DNA of 64,000 bases, taken from Eledone cirrhosa (Eukaryota). The stretch lies in contig OZ024752.1 in assembly GCA_964016885.1 (NCBI GenBank), positions 31,434,001 to 31,498,000 of the forward strand. The letters run 5' to 3'. This document shows, one piece after another, positions 1-10,964 of this stretch (its first letter is position 1; each line of letters starts with the position of its first letter). The position numbers and the translations under genes were made by a program. The notes under the pieces were generated by a model. It worked only from the letters and a program-made list of their open reading frames with translations. It was not told the DNA's origin and made no database searches.

Positions 1-1
1 A

Positions 2-793
2 GCAGTGGAAATATTAACAACAACAACAGCAATACCAAATGCAGCTGCAACAGAGACTCCAGTGCAAACATCACCAACAACAACAAGTGAAAGAGTGGAG
101 CTGGTACCCCTCCCCGACCTTACAGAATCAGACATGGAGTGTGAGGTGGGAGAGGGATGGCAAAAGGTCTCAAGAAGGCACAAACGCAGAAGCAGCGCAT
201 CGTCGCCTTTGAAAAGGGAGGAAAGAAATGAGAAAAGGGTAAAGTCTACTGCAAAGAGACCCACAGCAGCAACACCACCAACACCATCACCACCCACACC
301 AGCACCACCATCACCACCGGCGACAACCCCACCGCCAACAACACCTTCAACACCACAAGCACCAACATCGCAAACACAACAACAAAACACACACACCCAG
401 CAACAACGACAAGAAAATAGCAGAACCACACCCCACCCCCAGAAAAACAAATGCACGGCAATAAACACACACAACAAGAAACTAATGACTTACATAATTG
501 AACACACAGACATTTCACAACAGGACTACATAATACCAGCACCAATCAAAACGCCAACTAACATAAGACTGCTAAAAATAGCACAGAAACAATACACAAA
601 CATTAAAACGAAATTCCCCAACGCAGTTGGTGATTTCAGGGACCTAGGAGGAACCATTAATCGAAGAGTATATTCAGACATTCTCTTAGAAGAGCCGACG
701 ACCAGCCGAAGGGACGATCCAACGGTCCCTTCACCAGACGATCAAGTGAAAAGGGATGTAAAAACCATCCCTCCTCTACCAAAAATACGGTAA
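2..793 (+). CDS. Tx1-like ORF1 C-terminal part (P/T/Q-rich), truncated by window edge
   Basis: Matches the C-terminal ~260 aa of the full ORF1 at 10965-13061; the GTG start at 5 is not a real start. Confidence 0.85.
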   Translation, partial: AVEILTTTTAIPNAAATETPVQTSPTTTSERVELVPLPDLTESDMECEVGEGWQKVSRRHKRRSSASSPLKREERNEKRVKSTAKRPTAATPPTPSPPTPAPPSPPATTPPPTTPSTPQAPTSQTQQQNTHTQQQRQENSRTTPHPQKNKCTAINTHNKKLMTYIIEHTDISQQDYIIPAPIKTPTNIRLLKIAQKQYTNIKTKFPNAVGDFRDLGGTINRRVYSDILLEEPTTSRRDDPTVPSPDDQVKRDVKTIPPLPKIR

Positions 794-828
794 GTGGTCT
801 TTCCCATCTTTTCCACTCTATTTTAAAC

Positions 829-3800
829 ATGACCTCACTCAGAATAGGCAGCATAAATGCGCGTGGCTTGGGGTCGTCATGGAAGCAGGGTCACCTGCTC
901 AACGACCTCAGGTCACTAAACATAGATGTAGTGGCCATCAGCGAGACCAGAATCTCCGAAGCACGGGCCTTCGCACCGATCTTCGGCGGCTACGATGTGT
1001 ACGCATCTCCCAGCCGTCCTGGATCGGGTGGAGGAGTTGCTGTGCTTTTTCGGAGAGGTTTGGATCTCGCCATACGGGCCATCTTCCTGGACCCAGAGGG
1101 TAAGCTGGTGGTGCTGGACGTGACCAGCGGAGACGGGCAAGCTTTCAGGCTAGTGGCCGTCTATGCCCCGACAGGAGCAGGGCGGCCTGATTTCTTCCGG
1201 CGTCTGGAGACCTTTCTTGGAACGTCCCGCTCTTTAGTGTTAGTGGGCGACTGGAACGGGATCTTAGATGCACGCTGGGACTGTGTGGGATTAGCGGATA
1301 GGGGTGGAGGGTGCAAGAGCCTCACCAACCTGCTCAGGCGTTTTGAACTGTCTGACAGGTACCGATTGGATTTCCCGAATGTGCCAATGTGGACTTGGAC
1401 AAACCGCATAGGGTCATCCAGATCATATCTAGATAGAGTATTTTGTAGGGAAATAGATAGGTCTAGCATAGGCTGTCCACAATTCAAGATAGTCAGCTAC
1501 ACGGACCACAAATTCGTGATCTGTGTGCTTGACTTAGATAGGCTTCATAGACGAGGACCCGGCTACTGGAAGCTAAACGCGTCCTTACCAGCGCGCAAGG
1601 CCTACAGAGACCGGATTAGCGAACTAGTTAAGCGGGCGTTGACGGGGGCCATCGTCAACAACAAGTGGTGGTTTGCTCTGAAAAGAGCGATTAGAATAGA
1701 ATCGATTAGGTTTAGTAAGGCTTTAGCAATAGAGAAAAATAGAGCAGAGGGAGAACTAGTTAGAAAATTAGACGAGGCGCTTAGCAAAGGCATTGCGACC
1801 GACGTGCTTGCGGCGAAATTGGCCCTTGACCAATTCTTCAATGCAAAGCACGAAGGCTGCGTTGTCAGAGCAAGGGTGCGTGCTCTCAGACACGAGGGGA
1901 CGAAAGCCGTTCAATGGGCCCGAGTGGCGGAGGCGCGTCGTGGCAACAAAGCCACGATCCGGTCTTTGGTGGACCACGACGGGCGCATGCTACTCGATCC
2001 CGGGCAAATGTGTGAAGCTTTTCAGCGACACTTCGCTCAGCTGTTCGGGGGCAGCGGGGGGCCGGGTAGAGGGATGGACTTTAGTGTCTACCTCGACGGA
2101 CTGCCGCGGCTCTCGGCCACTGAGGCGAGGTGTTGCGAAAAGCCGATAACAGCCGCTGAAGTACGGGAGGCAATGACTGGCTGCACAAGGGGTAAATCGC
2201 CTGGTTTGGATGGTCTGCCCTATGAACTTTACGTACAGATGCCAGACTTGTTCGGAGGCCTCTTGGCGGACGTCTACTGCAACTGGCAACAGAACGGGAG
2301 AATTCCCAGTTCTGTGAGCCGAGGAGCGGTGGCACTGCTGAGAAAGGATCCGAACAAGGGGGATAACATAGACAATTTCCGGCCCATAACTCTGCTAAAC
2401 ACAGAGTTTAAGATTTTGGCCAAGGTGCTAGCAAAGAGGTTGGCGCTTGTCGTTGGTGGTCTGGTGGGAGAGGCGCAGACATGCGCCATTCCCGACAGAT
2501 CCATCCACGACAACCTCCACCTCATGCGATACATCGTAGAGAGGGTAGCTAGGGAACCTGGCACGGGTGGGTCCTTGATCAATTTAGATCAGTCGAAAGC
2601 TTTCGATAGGGTCGACCATCGTTATCTAGCGGCAGTCCTGAGGGCGGCTGGCTTTGGGCCCGTCTTCAGAGGCTGGATCGCTGCCATGCACAGCGACATC
2701 TGCTCTGTGGTGAGAGTGAACGGTCACCTGTCGGAACCGTTCAACATCATGCGCTCGGTCCGCCAAGGATGTCCCCTCTCGTCCCTCTTGTACGTATTGA
2801 CTCTCGAGCCATTACTGCACAAACTGGAGACGTTGAGGGGAGTCCCGCGCGAACTAGGATGCGGAAGATCCGTGTCAGCATATGCGGACGATGTCACCGT
2901 AGTGGTGTCGAACGCCAAACACATCGAAGCGATCGGCACTACACTAAGAGAATACGAAGCGGTGACAGGAGCAATGATCAACCAGGAAAAGTCAGTGGGC
3001 CTGCAGCTCGGCACCTGGAGAGGCAGGTCCATGCCGTCCAACAGCGTCGTCGGGCGCTGGACGGACGGACCGGTTAAATTGCTAGGGGTCTGGTTCGGTC
3101 CGGACCTCCAGACGGACAAAAACTGGGACGAGGTGACGAGCAGGGTGGCTTCTCTCACCCAGAAATGGGCGGAGAGGAAGCTATCCCTGAAAGGTCGAGC
3201 GGAGGTGGCTAACGCGTACATCGCGTCTGTCATCTGCTACCGCCTAACCGTCGTACCTTGTCCTAAGCCTCGCCTGACTGCGCTGGAGCGTTTGCTCTTT
3301 CGCTTTTTGTGGAAGGGACGTGCTCCGATGGTCAGGCGGTCCATCTGTTGTCAACACCCGCTACGTGGAGGGCTGGGCATGCCGTGGCTGATGATGCGCA
3401 GGCACGCGCTCAGGCTACGACATCTCCACCTCTTCCTCGACGGTGATCAGGTGTGGTCGCCGTTTGCTAGACGCGTTTTTCCCCAGCTCGTTTCCTTGAC
3501 GGAGCTGCAGTCCTGGGTCAAGCGAAGACCGAGAGGGAGCGCCTGGAGACTGGAATGTCTTCAGGCGCTCACAGCCCTCGACCAATCGGGCAATGTGATC
3601 GGTGGAAACTCCACCTCGGCGTTCTATAGAGGATTAGTGGAGGGGAAGAGCGACGACGTACTTGGGGAAACTCTAGGCGTCGACGAAAATCAACTAGCCA
3701 ATCTCTTCGGAAGAACCTTCGGGCCAGGGCCTATGGACAACTTCCAGAAATCTCTGGCCTGGCAGTGCTACCGAGGAGCCTTGCCAGTTCGGGATAAACT

Positions 3801-4248
3801 CTACAGGCATGGAGGTGCCGTCAGCCGGGCATGTCCGAGATGCGCGCAGGGCGACGAAACCGTCCTGCACGCACTCGTCCAGTGTCCGAAAATTGCTGAC
3901 TTGTGGGTTTATGTCGAACACCTGCTGTCGCGTTTAGGACGGATCCAGCTATCATCTGAGTCTATCGTGAGGATTGCCCCGCCCTCCTCCTTTAGCCGGG
4001 AAGGGCAGGCAGTTTTTATCTGTCTGGTGGCCATGGCGAAAGAGATAGTATGGTGGACACGTTTGAAAGGGCTGAAGACGAGCACTTACCTCTTCGGTGA
4101 TGCTCTGATTGACTTTTTCAAATTTCATTTGAAAAGGAAAATCAGAGTAGAGAAGGAAGTGCTCTCTTCCCAGCATTTTGTTGAAAGATGGGTGAGAGAA
4201 GCAAGAATGGCCCGAGTGAATGGGCCGACTCTGAATATATATCTGTAA
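829..4248 (+). CDS. LINE ORF2: APE endonuclease, reverse transcriptase and C-terminal zinc knuckle (1139 aa)
   Basis: APE motifs SINARGL, ISET, VGDWN, YLDRVF, TDHK; RT motifs KSPGLDG, FRPITLLN, DQSKAFDRV, RQGCPLS, YADD; CPRC..ETVLHALVQC; PGYWKLN typical of L1/Tx1. Confidence 0.96.
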   Translation: MTSLRIGSINARGLGSSWKQGHLLNDLRSLNIDVVAISETRISEARAFAPIFGGYDVYASPSRPGSGGGVAVLFRRGLDLAIRAIFLDPEGKLVVLDVTSGDGQAFRLVAVYAPTGAGRPDFFRRLETFLGTSRSLVLVGDWNGILDARWDCVGLADRGGGCKSLTNLLRRFELSDRYRLDFPNVPMWTWTNRIGSSRSYLDRVFCREIDRSSIGCPQFKIVSYTDHKFVICVLDLDRLHRRGPGYWKLNASLPARKAYRDRISELVKRALTGAIVNNKWWFALKRAIRIESIRFSKALAIEKNRAEGELVRKLDEALSKGIATDVLAAKLALDQFFNAKHEGCVVRARVRALRHEGTKAVQWARVAEARRGNKATIRSLVDHDGRMLLDPGQMCEAFQRHFAQLFGGSGGPGRGMDFSVYLDGLPRLSATEARCCEKPITAAEVREAMTGCTRGKSPGLDGLPYELYVQMPDLFGGLLADVYCNWQQNGRIPSSVSRGAVALLRKDPNKGDNIDNFRPITLLNTEFKILAKVLAKRLALVVGGLVGEAQTCAIPDRSIHDNLHLMRYIVERVAREPGTGGSLINLDQSKAFDRVDHRYLAAVLRAAGFGPVFRGWIAAMHSDICSVVRVNGHLSEPFNIMRSVRQGCPLSSLLYVLTLEPLLHKLETLRGVPRELGCGRSVSAYADDVTVVVSNAKHIEAIGTTLREYEAVTGAMINQEKSVGLQLGTWRGRSMPSNSVVGRWTDGPVKLLGVWFGPDLQTDKNWDEVTSRVASLTQKWAERKLSLKGRAEVANAYIASVICYRLTVVPCPKPRLTALERLLFRFLWKGRAPMVRRSICCQHPLRGGLGMPWLMMRRHALRLRHLHLFLDGDQVWSPFARRVFPQLVSLTELQSWVKRRPRGSAWRLECLQALTALDQSGNVIGGNSTSAFYRGLVEGKSDDVLGETLGVDENQLANLFGRTFGPGPMDNFQKSLAWQCYRGALPVRDKLYRHGGAVSRACPRCAQGDETVLHALVQCPKIADLWVYVEHLLSRLGRIQLSSESIVRIAPPSSFSREGQAVFICLVAMAKEIVWWTRLKGLKTSTYLFGDALIDFFKFHLKRKIRVEKEVLSSQHFVERWVREARMARVNGPTLNIYL

Positions 4249-4530
4249 ACTAAAGGTGGAAAACTGGGAGAGGGCACTTGCCTTGGTGGTCAGGGTCATT
4301 GTGGCTTTTTACTGGGCTTTCTCCACAAATGTTCCTCCGAAGTCTCCCCCCTATTGGGGAATTTTTCATTGTTATTTTCATTGTTATTTTTGTTACATCC
4401 TCTATTTTTGTTTTTTTTACACGCAGAAATGCCCATTTGTACCGTCCTGCATTGTCCTGCACTGTCCTTAATGTCTACTTTATGTAAACCCTTGTGGTTA
4501 ATAAAGAAATCATTATTATAGTTATTCCCA

Positions 4531-4753
4531 AGGGCGTTGGTGGGTTGGCAGTATCGGTAGAGAGGCGGACGCCATGCTTTGCAGCATAGAGTTACGGCCC
4601 TTTATGATATGAGTTTAAATCCCGCCGAGGTTAACTTTGTCTTTCATCCTTATGGGGTCGACAAAATAAAGTACCAGTCAATACACTGGGGTTGATTTAA
4701 TTGACTTTTCCCTTCCCTTCAAATTGCTGGCCTTGTGCCTAAATCAGAAACCA
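4531..4753 (+). mobile_element. tRNA-derived SINE (octopus-type), long form; mirror copy at ~10279-10501 (-)
   Basis: A-box-like TGGCAGTATCGG, B-box-like GAGTTTAAATCC, core TTTCATCCTTATGGGGTCGA, 3' end CCTTGTGCCTAAATCAGAAACC. Confidence 0.85.
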
Positions 4754-5084
4754 TTGTTATAGTTATTTCCGTATCTGCTAATTTTTAAAAGCTGTCAACC
4801 GCCGAAATATATAGTGAAACGCATTTATCATGTGAACTAACTTGCAGGTTTCTTGGTCAGCTTGTGATAAATCTCTTTCTTACTATAGATGGCTACGTAC
4901 TGTTTATCTAAATTAACTACTTATATCATCTTTGTTATCACTGAAATAGTTTGGGGAGATACTCTGTCGCAATTTTACTTTGTATTCTAACCAAGCATTT
5001 GTCTAATCTGTATGAAAGACCATTTATATAAATTCTTCTTTCCATAATAATGGCATATCTTTATTATAGCTCTATCACTTACAG

Positions 5085-5328
5085 CATAGTTACATTATAA
5101 CTCTACTATTCACCACAGAGTGACTCTATTACTCACTTCATAGTTACACCATAACTCTATCTCCATAGTTACACCATAACTCTATCTCCATAGTTACTCC
5201 ATAACACTATCACTCCATAGTTACACCATAACTCTGTCTCCATAATTACACCATAACTCTATCTCCATAGTTACACCATAACTCTATCTCCATAGTTACA
5301 CCATAACTCTATCACTCACTACATAGTT
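5085..5328. repeat. 25-bp minisatellite (CTCCATAGTTACACCATAACTCTAT); mirror at ~9704-9947
   Basis: Unit visibly repeated about 9 times, with variants. Confidence 0.9.
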
Positions 5329-6306
5329 TAAATGTCATGTACTTTATATTCCTATATTTCTTTTGATTCTTAATTCACTTCCGTTGATGTCTTTTTTTTA
5401 ATACAAACTACACCAACATCCAATCCCTTGTTCGTTATTATTGGTCCTGCTGGGTATTGAAATCTTATGAAAATATTTAAGCACGAGCCTTGCGGGCGAC
5501 GGGTCCTGTGGAAATACCAGTCAAATCCCACCGTTTGTAAAATAATAGATACTGCCAATCCACCTGTTGATAGGATAATGTAATCTTAAATACACTTTAA
5601 CTGAAAGGAAATACTGAATGATGATAACTGAAATGCTGTTGATCATATATATATATATATATTGTGTCAAGGTTTAGCTGGAACTAAAACAACAGTAACA
5701 TTTACAGAGTTATATTAAGCTGCTTCCGTGGTAGATTTCATTCGTGACTCGGTTAAAACCACTCGGTTCTTTCTTGAGGGAAATACAGTCAATTGCTTGC
5801 ATTCGGACCAGTCATCCGGTTTGAGGATAACTGCAGGCCTTCTTTCAGCGTTTCCGAGTCTCAATAAAGGATCATGATGTCTGCTCTTTCTCCCCTGTAA
5901 TAAAACCAAAATAAAAACCCGTAACAGCTGTTTTTCTTATGTTCTTGTGATATATTTGTCTTTTTTGTAATATTTCATCCCAGAATTCTCAATTATTTGT
6001 AATGGAGGTGAAATATGTATCTGTCACCAATACTAAAGCAGTGATCGATGAACTGTAGATAAAAGCAGGAAATCAATTGATGTGGATATGTCACAGGCAG
6101 ATTTAGATGGTCGAGAGAAAGTTAAGAAAGACAAAAGAAGACAGATTATTATTCATTTTCAGCTAAAGGTAAAGTGAAATAGTTTGCAGCATGTAGTTAT
6201 TGACGAGTACAGATTATCGCCACACACGAATATATCTATCTCTATCTAGGGCGGGTAAAATTCCCGAGATCCATGAACGAGTTCTCTCCAGCGGTCTCTG
6301 TCCCTC

Positions 6307-6705
<399 letters not shown>

Positions 6706-6931
6706 GATAATAATTAAAAAAAACTATTTGTTATGTCTTCATTACGTTTATTGAGTAGTGACGCGCATTTCGCTCTTTGATCAGCTCAAGGTTCGATGTG
6801 CATCGATCTAGACCGACTCTGGAATCAAAAGCTCTTCGGACCTCCCTTGTATGACACCAATTAGACATTAAAATCACTATATATACCATCAACACCATAA
6901 ACACAGAGCTGGCATATCTAAGAACTGACTA

Positions 6932-6988
6932 ACTGCCTTGATGAGGTCATAGCCATTCAATGGCTATCATCGAAATATATATAGCAGT
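6932..6988 (+). ncRNA. Hammerhead-like motif, type I (family B); mirror at 8042-8098 (-)
   Basis: ACTGC-CTTGATGA-stem II GGTCATAGCCA/TGGCTATCATC-GAAA-palindromic TATATA-TA-GCAGT; core has one extra U. Confidence 0.6.
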
Positions 6989-7033
6989 AAATAAAGGATT
7001 ATGAGTTCAGGCAATTGACTTATGTTTCGTCAC

Positions 7034-7115
<82 letters not shown>

Positions 7116-7139
7116 GTAATAAACAATATTAGGCAATTA

Positions 7140-7199
7140 TTCCATTTACCAGTGGTTTCTTAAAAGCAAAAAATGTTGCTTTCAATCATCAGAATGAAA
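7140..7199 (-). ncRNA. Type I hammerhead ribozyme (family A), left-arm copy
   Basis: Reverse complement of 7827-7886. Confidence 0.8.
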
Positions 7200-7303
7200 A
7201 AATCCTGGTCTGTTTATTGAATTTGGATTTTAAAAAACAAAAATGCAATCTATATGAAAGTGAGGCTGGAGAAGGAAGAAGGAAAGGAAAAATAAAATAA
7301 AAA

Positions 7304-7722
7304 CACACATGCAAACACACACACACACAAATGCATACATACACACACACACACATATATATATATATACATACACTCATACATACACACACACATATAC
7401 ACATATATATGTGTATATATATACACACATACACATACATATACACATACATACATACACACATAAATATCAACACATCCATACATACACATACATATAT
7501 ACAACCACATACACATATATACACACATATATATATAAATATAAATATATATATATGCATACACATACATAGCCATACACACATACATATACATACATAC
7601 ATACATACAATCATACCTATATACACACGTACATACATACACATACATAAATGCATACATATGCATGTACAAAATTAGAAAAATATACACACATGCAAAT
7701 AAATATAAGAAAAAATATATAT
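7304..7722. repeat. Degenerate CA/TA low-complexity spacer of the giant inverted repeat
   Basis: Visible composition. Confidence 0.85.
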
Positions 7723-7826
7723 TTTTTATTTTATTTTTTTTTTCCTTCTTCCTTCTCCAGCCTCACTTTCATATAGATTGCATTTTTGTTTTTTAAAATC
7801 CAAATTCAATAAACAGACCAGGATTT

Positions 7827-7886
7827 TTTCATTCTGATGATTGAAAGCAACATTTTTTGCTTTTAAGAAACCACTGGTAAATGGAA
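7827..7886 (+). ncRNA. Type I hammerhead ribozyme (family A)
   Basis: TTCATT-CTGATGA(7834)-TTGAAAGCAA/TTGCTTTTAA-GAAA(7867)-CCactGG-TA|AATGGA; all three stems pair; GUA cleavage after 7879. Confidence 0.82.
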
Positions 7887-7910
7887 TAATTGCCTAATAT
7901 TGTTTATTAC

Positions 7911-7996
<86 letters not shown>

Positions 7997-8183
7997 GTGA
8001 CGAAACATAAGTCAATTGCCTGAACTCATAATCCTTTATTTACTGCTATATATATTTCGATGATAGCCATTGAATGGCTATGACCTCATCAAGGCAGTTA
8101 GTCAGTTCTTAGATATGCCAGCTCTGTGTTTATGGTGTTGATGGTATATATAGTGATTTTAATGTCTAATTGGTGTCATACAA

Positions 8184-8277
8184 GGGAGGTCCGAAGAGCT
8201 TTTGATTCCAGAGTCGGTCTAGATCGATGCACATCGAACCTTGAGCTGATCAAAGAGCGAAATGCGCGTCACTACTC
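8184..8277 (+). ncRNA. Type I hammerhead with extended stem II (family C); mirror at 6753-6846 (-)
   Basis: GGGAGGT-CCGAAGA-GCTTTTGAT...ATCAAAGAGC-GAAA-TGCGCG-TC|ACTACTC; relative at 55024 has canonical CTGATGA. Confidence 0.65.
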
Positions 8278-8324
8278 AATAAACGTAATGAAGACATAAC
8301 AAATAGTTTTTTTTAATTATTATC

Positions 8325-8427
<103 letters not shown>

Positions 8428-10522
8428 CTGCGTCTCCAACAGACCAGAGTCTGTCCTTAGGGCATCAACATACGTTAACCTTGGTCTTCCTCTTCCAGTG
8501 TGTCCATGTAGGGGCTTCCACAGGAGCACTGAGTGCAATGTCAACTCTGAATGTCGGTGAGCATGTCCAGCTAACCTCAGTCTCCTCTGTGTCACTTTTG
8601 AGCTGACTTTTGGGAGGCTCCCATACAGCTCTGAGTTTTTCATCTTCACTGTATACTGATTAATGTTCAGAGCCATCCTCAGCATTCTCGTGTAGCACCC
8701 ATCCACCATCTGAGTGAGTTTCTGAGGGACAGAGACCGCTGGAGAGAACTCGTTCATGGATCTCGGGAATTTTACCCGCCCTAGATAGAGATAGATATAT
8801 TCGTGTGTGGCGATAATCTGTACTCGTCAATAACTACATGCTGCAAACTATTTCACTTTACCTTTAGCTGAAAATGAATAATAATCTGTCTTCTTTTGTC
8901 TTTCTTAACTTTCTCTCGACCATCTAAATCTGCCTGTGACATATCCACATCAATTGATTTCCTGCTTTTATCTACAGTTCATCGATCACTGCTTTAGTAT
9001 TGGTGACAGATACATATTTCACCTCCATTACAAATAATTGAGAATTCTGGGATGAAATATTACAAAAAAGACAAATATATCACAAGAACATAAGAAAAAC
9101 AGCTGTTACGGGTTTTTATTTTGGTTTTATTACAGGGGAGAAAGAGCAGACATCATGATCCTTTATTGAGACTCGGAAACGCTGAAAGAAGGCCTGCAGT
9201 TATCCTCAAACCGGATGACTGGTCCGAATGCAAGCAATTGACTGTATTTCCCTCAAGAAAGAACCGAGTGGTTTTAACCGAGTCACGAATGAAATCTACC
9301 ACGGAAGCAGCTTAATATAACTCTGTAAATGTTACTGTTGTTTTAGTTCCAGCTAAACCTTGACACAATATATATATATATATATATGATCAACAGCATT
9401 TCAGTTATCATCATTCAGTATTTCCTTTCAGTTAAAGTGTATTTAAGATTACATTATCCTATCAACAGGTGGATTGGCAGTATCTATTATTTTACAAACG
9501 GTGGGATTTGACTGGTATTTCCACAGGACCCGTCGCCCGCAAGGCTCGTGCTTAAATATTTTCATAAGATTTCAATACCCAGCAGGACCAATAATAACGA
9601 ACAAGGGATTGGATGTTGGTGTAGTTTGTATTAAAAAAAAGACATCAACGGAAGTGAATTAAGAATCAAAAGAAATATAGGAATATAAAGTACATGACAT
9701 TTAAACTATGTAGTGAGTGATAGAGTTATGGTGTAACTATGGAGATAGAGTTATGGTGTAACTATGGAGATAGAGTTATGGTGTAATTATGGAGACAGAG
9801 TTATGGTGTAACTATGGAGTGATAGTGTTATGGAGTAACTATGGAGATAGAGTTATGGTGTAACTATGGAGATAGAGTTATGGTGTAACTATGAAGTGAG
9901 TAATAGAGTCACTCTGTGGTGAATAGTAGAGTTATAATGTAACTATGCTGTAAGTGATAGAGCTATAATAAAGATATGCCATTATTATGGAAAGAAGAAT
10001 TTATATAAATGGTCTTTCATACAGATTAGACAAATGCTTGGTTAGAATACAAAGTAAAATTGCGACAGAGTATCTCCCCAAACTATTTCAGTGATAACAA
10101 AGATGATATAAGTAGTTAATTTAGATAAACAGTACGTAGCCATCTATAGTAAGAAAGAGATTTATCACAAGCTGACCAAGAAACCTGCAAGTTAGTTCAC
10201 ATGATAAATGCGTTTCACTATATATTTCGGCGGTTGACAGCTTTTAAAAATTAGCAGATACGGAAATAACTATAACAATGGTTTCTGATTTAGGCACAAG
10301 GCCAGCAATTTGAAGGGAAGGGAAAAGTCAATTAAATCAACCCCAGTGTATTGACTGGTACTTTATTTTGTCGACCCCATAAGGATGAAAGACAAAGTTA
10401 ACCTCGGCGGGATTTAAACTCATATCATAAAGGGCCGTAACTCTATGCTGCAAAGCATGGCGTCCGCCTCTCTACCGATACTGCCAACCCACCAACGCCC
10501 TTGGGAATAACTATAATAATGA

Positions 10523-10751
10523 AAGCTGTAACAGCAGTAATAGTAGTAGCAGCAGCAGCGGCAGTAGTAGTAATAGTAGTGGTGGTGGTTTTATTTGTAG
10601 TAGTAGTAGTAGTAGTATTAGCAGCAGCAGCGGCAGTAGCAGTAGTAGTAGTAGTAGTGGTGGTGGTTTTAGTAGTAGTAGTATTATTAGCAGCAACAGC
10701 GGCAGTAGTAGTACTAGTTGTGGTGGTGGTTTTATTATTATTATTATTATT
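10523..10751. repeat. Compound trinucleotide tract (GTA/GCA/GTG)n ending in (ATT)n
   Basis: Visible. Confidence 0.9.
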
Positions 10752-10964
10752 GAATGCCATGGTTGACGGAGGCTCGGCTCTGTAAGGTATAGTAATTTTT
10801 AACCGTTAAAACAATTGTAAATTGTTTAAAACTTGAACCAAATTGTTGATAAAGACACCCTCCTCCTCGTGAGAGGGGTCTTTCTGTCCGTTATTTGGCC
10901 CTTCGGGGTTAAATAACCAGTTATTGGGGTTTTGTACCCAAAATTTCATTTTAAACAAAAAAAC

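Larger units (their letters stand above)
1..4511 (+). mobile_element. L1/Tx1-clade non-LTR retrotransposon, copy 1 (5' part outside window)
   Basis: ORF1 3' part, intact APE-RT ORF2 and a 3'UTR ending AATAAAGAAATC joined to ATTATT; near-identical to copies at 10752 and 16784. Confidence 0.93.

Noticed and set aside
6195-6240. TTGACGA...GAATATATC hammerhead-like string
   Set aside because: No GAAA and no convincing stem II or stem I
7189-7690. ORFs of YI, HT, CV or ER dipeptides here and near 33427, 35351, 44448, 45787, 55321 and 60251
   Set aside because: Translations of microsatellites
10851-10890. HDV-like ribozyme in the Tx1 5'UTR (CTCCTCGTG resembles L3)
   Set aside because: No separate P1 and P2, no GG for P1.1 and no J4/2; it folds as a simple hairpin
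10932-10964. TTG start of ORF1 in the ORF track (also TTG at 30585)
   Set aside because: Eukaryotic context; the ATG at 10965 is the plausible start, and the Dong ORF is simply 5'-truncated
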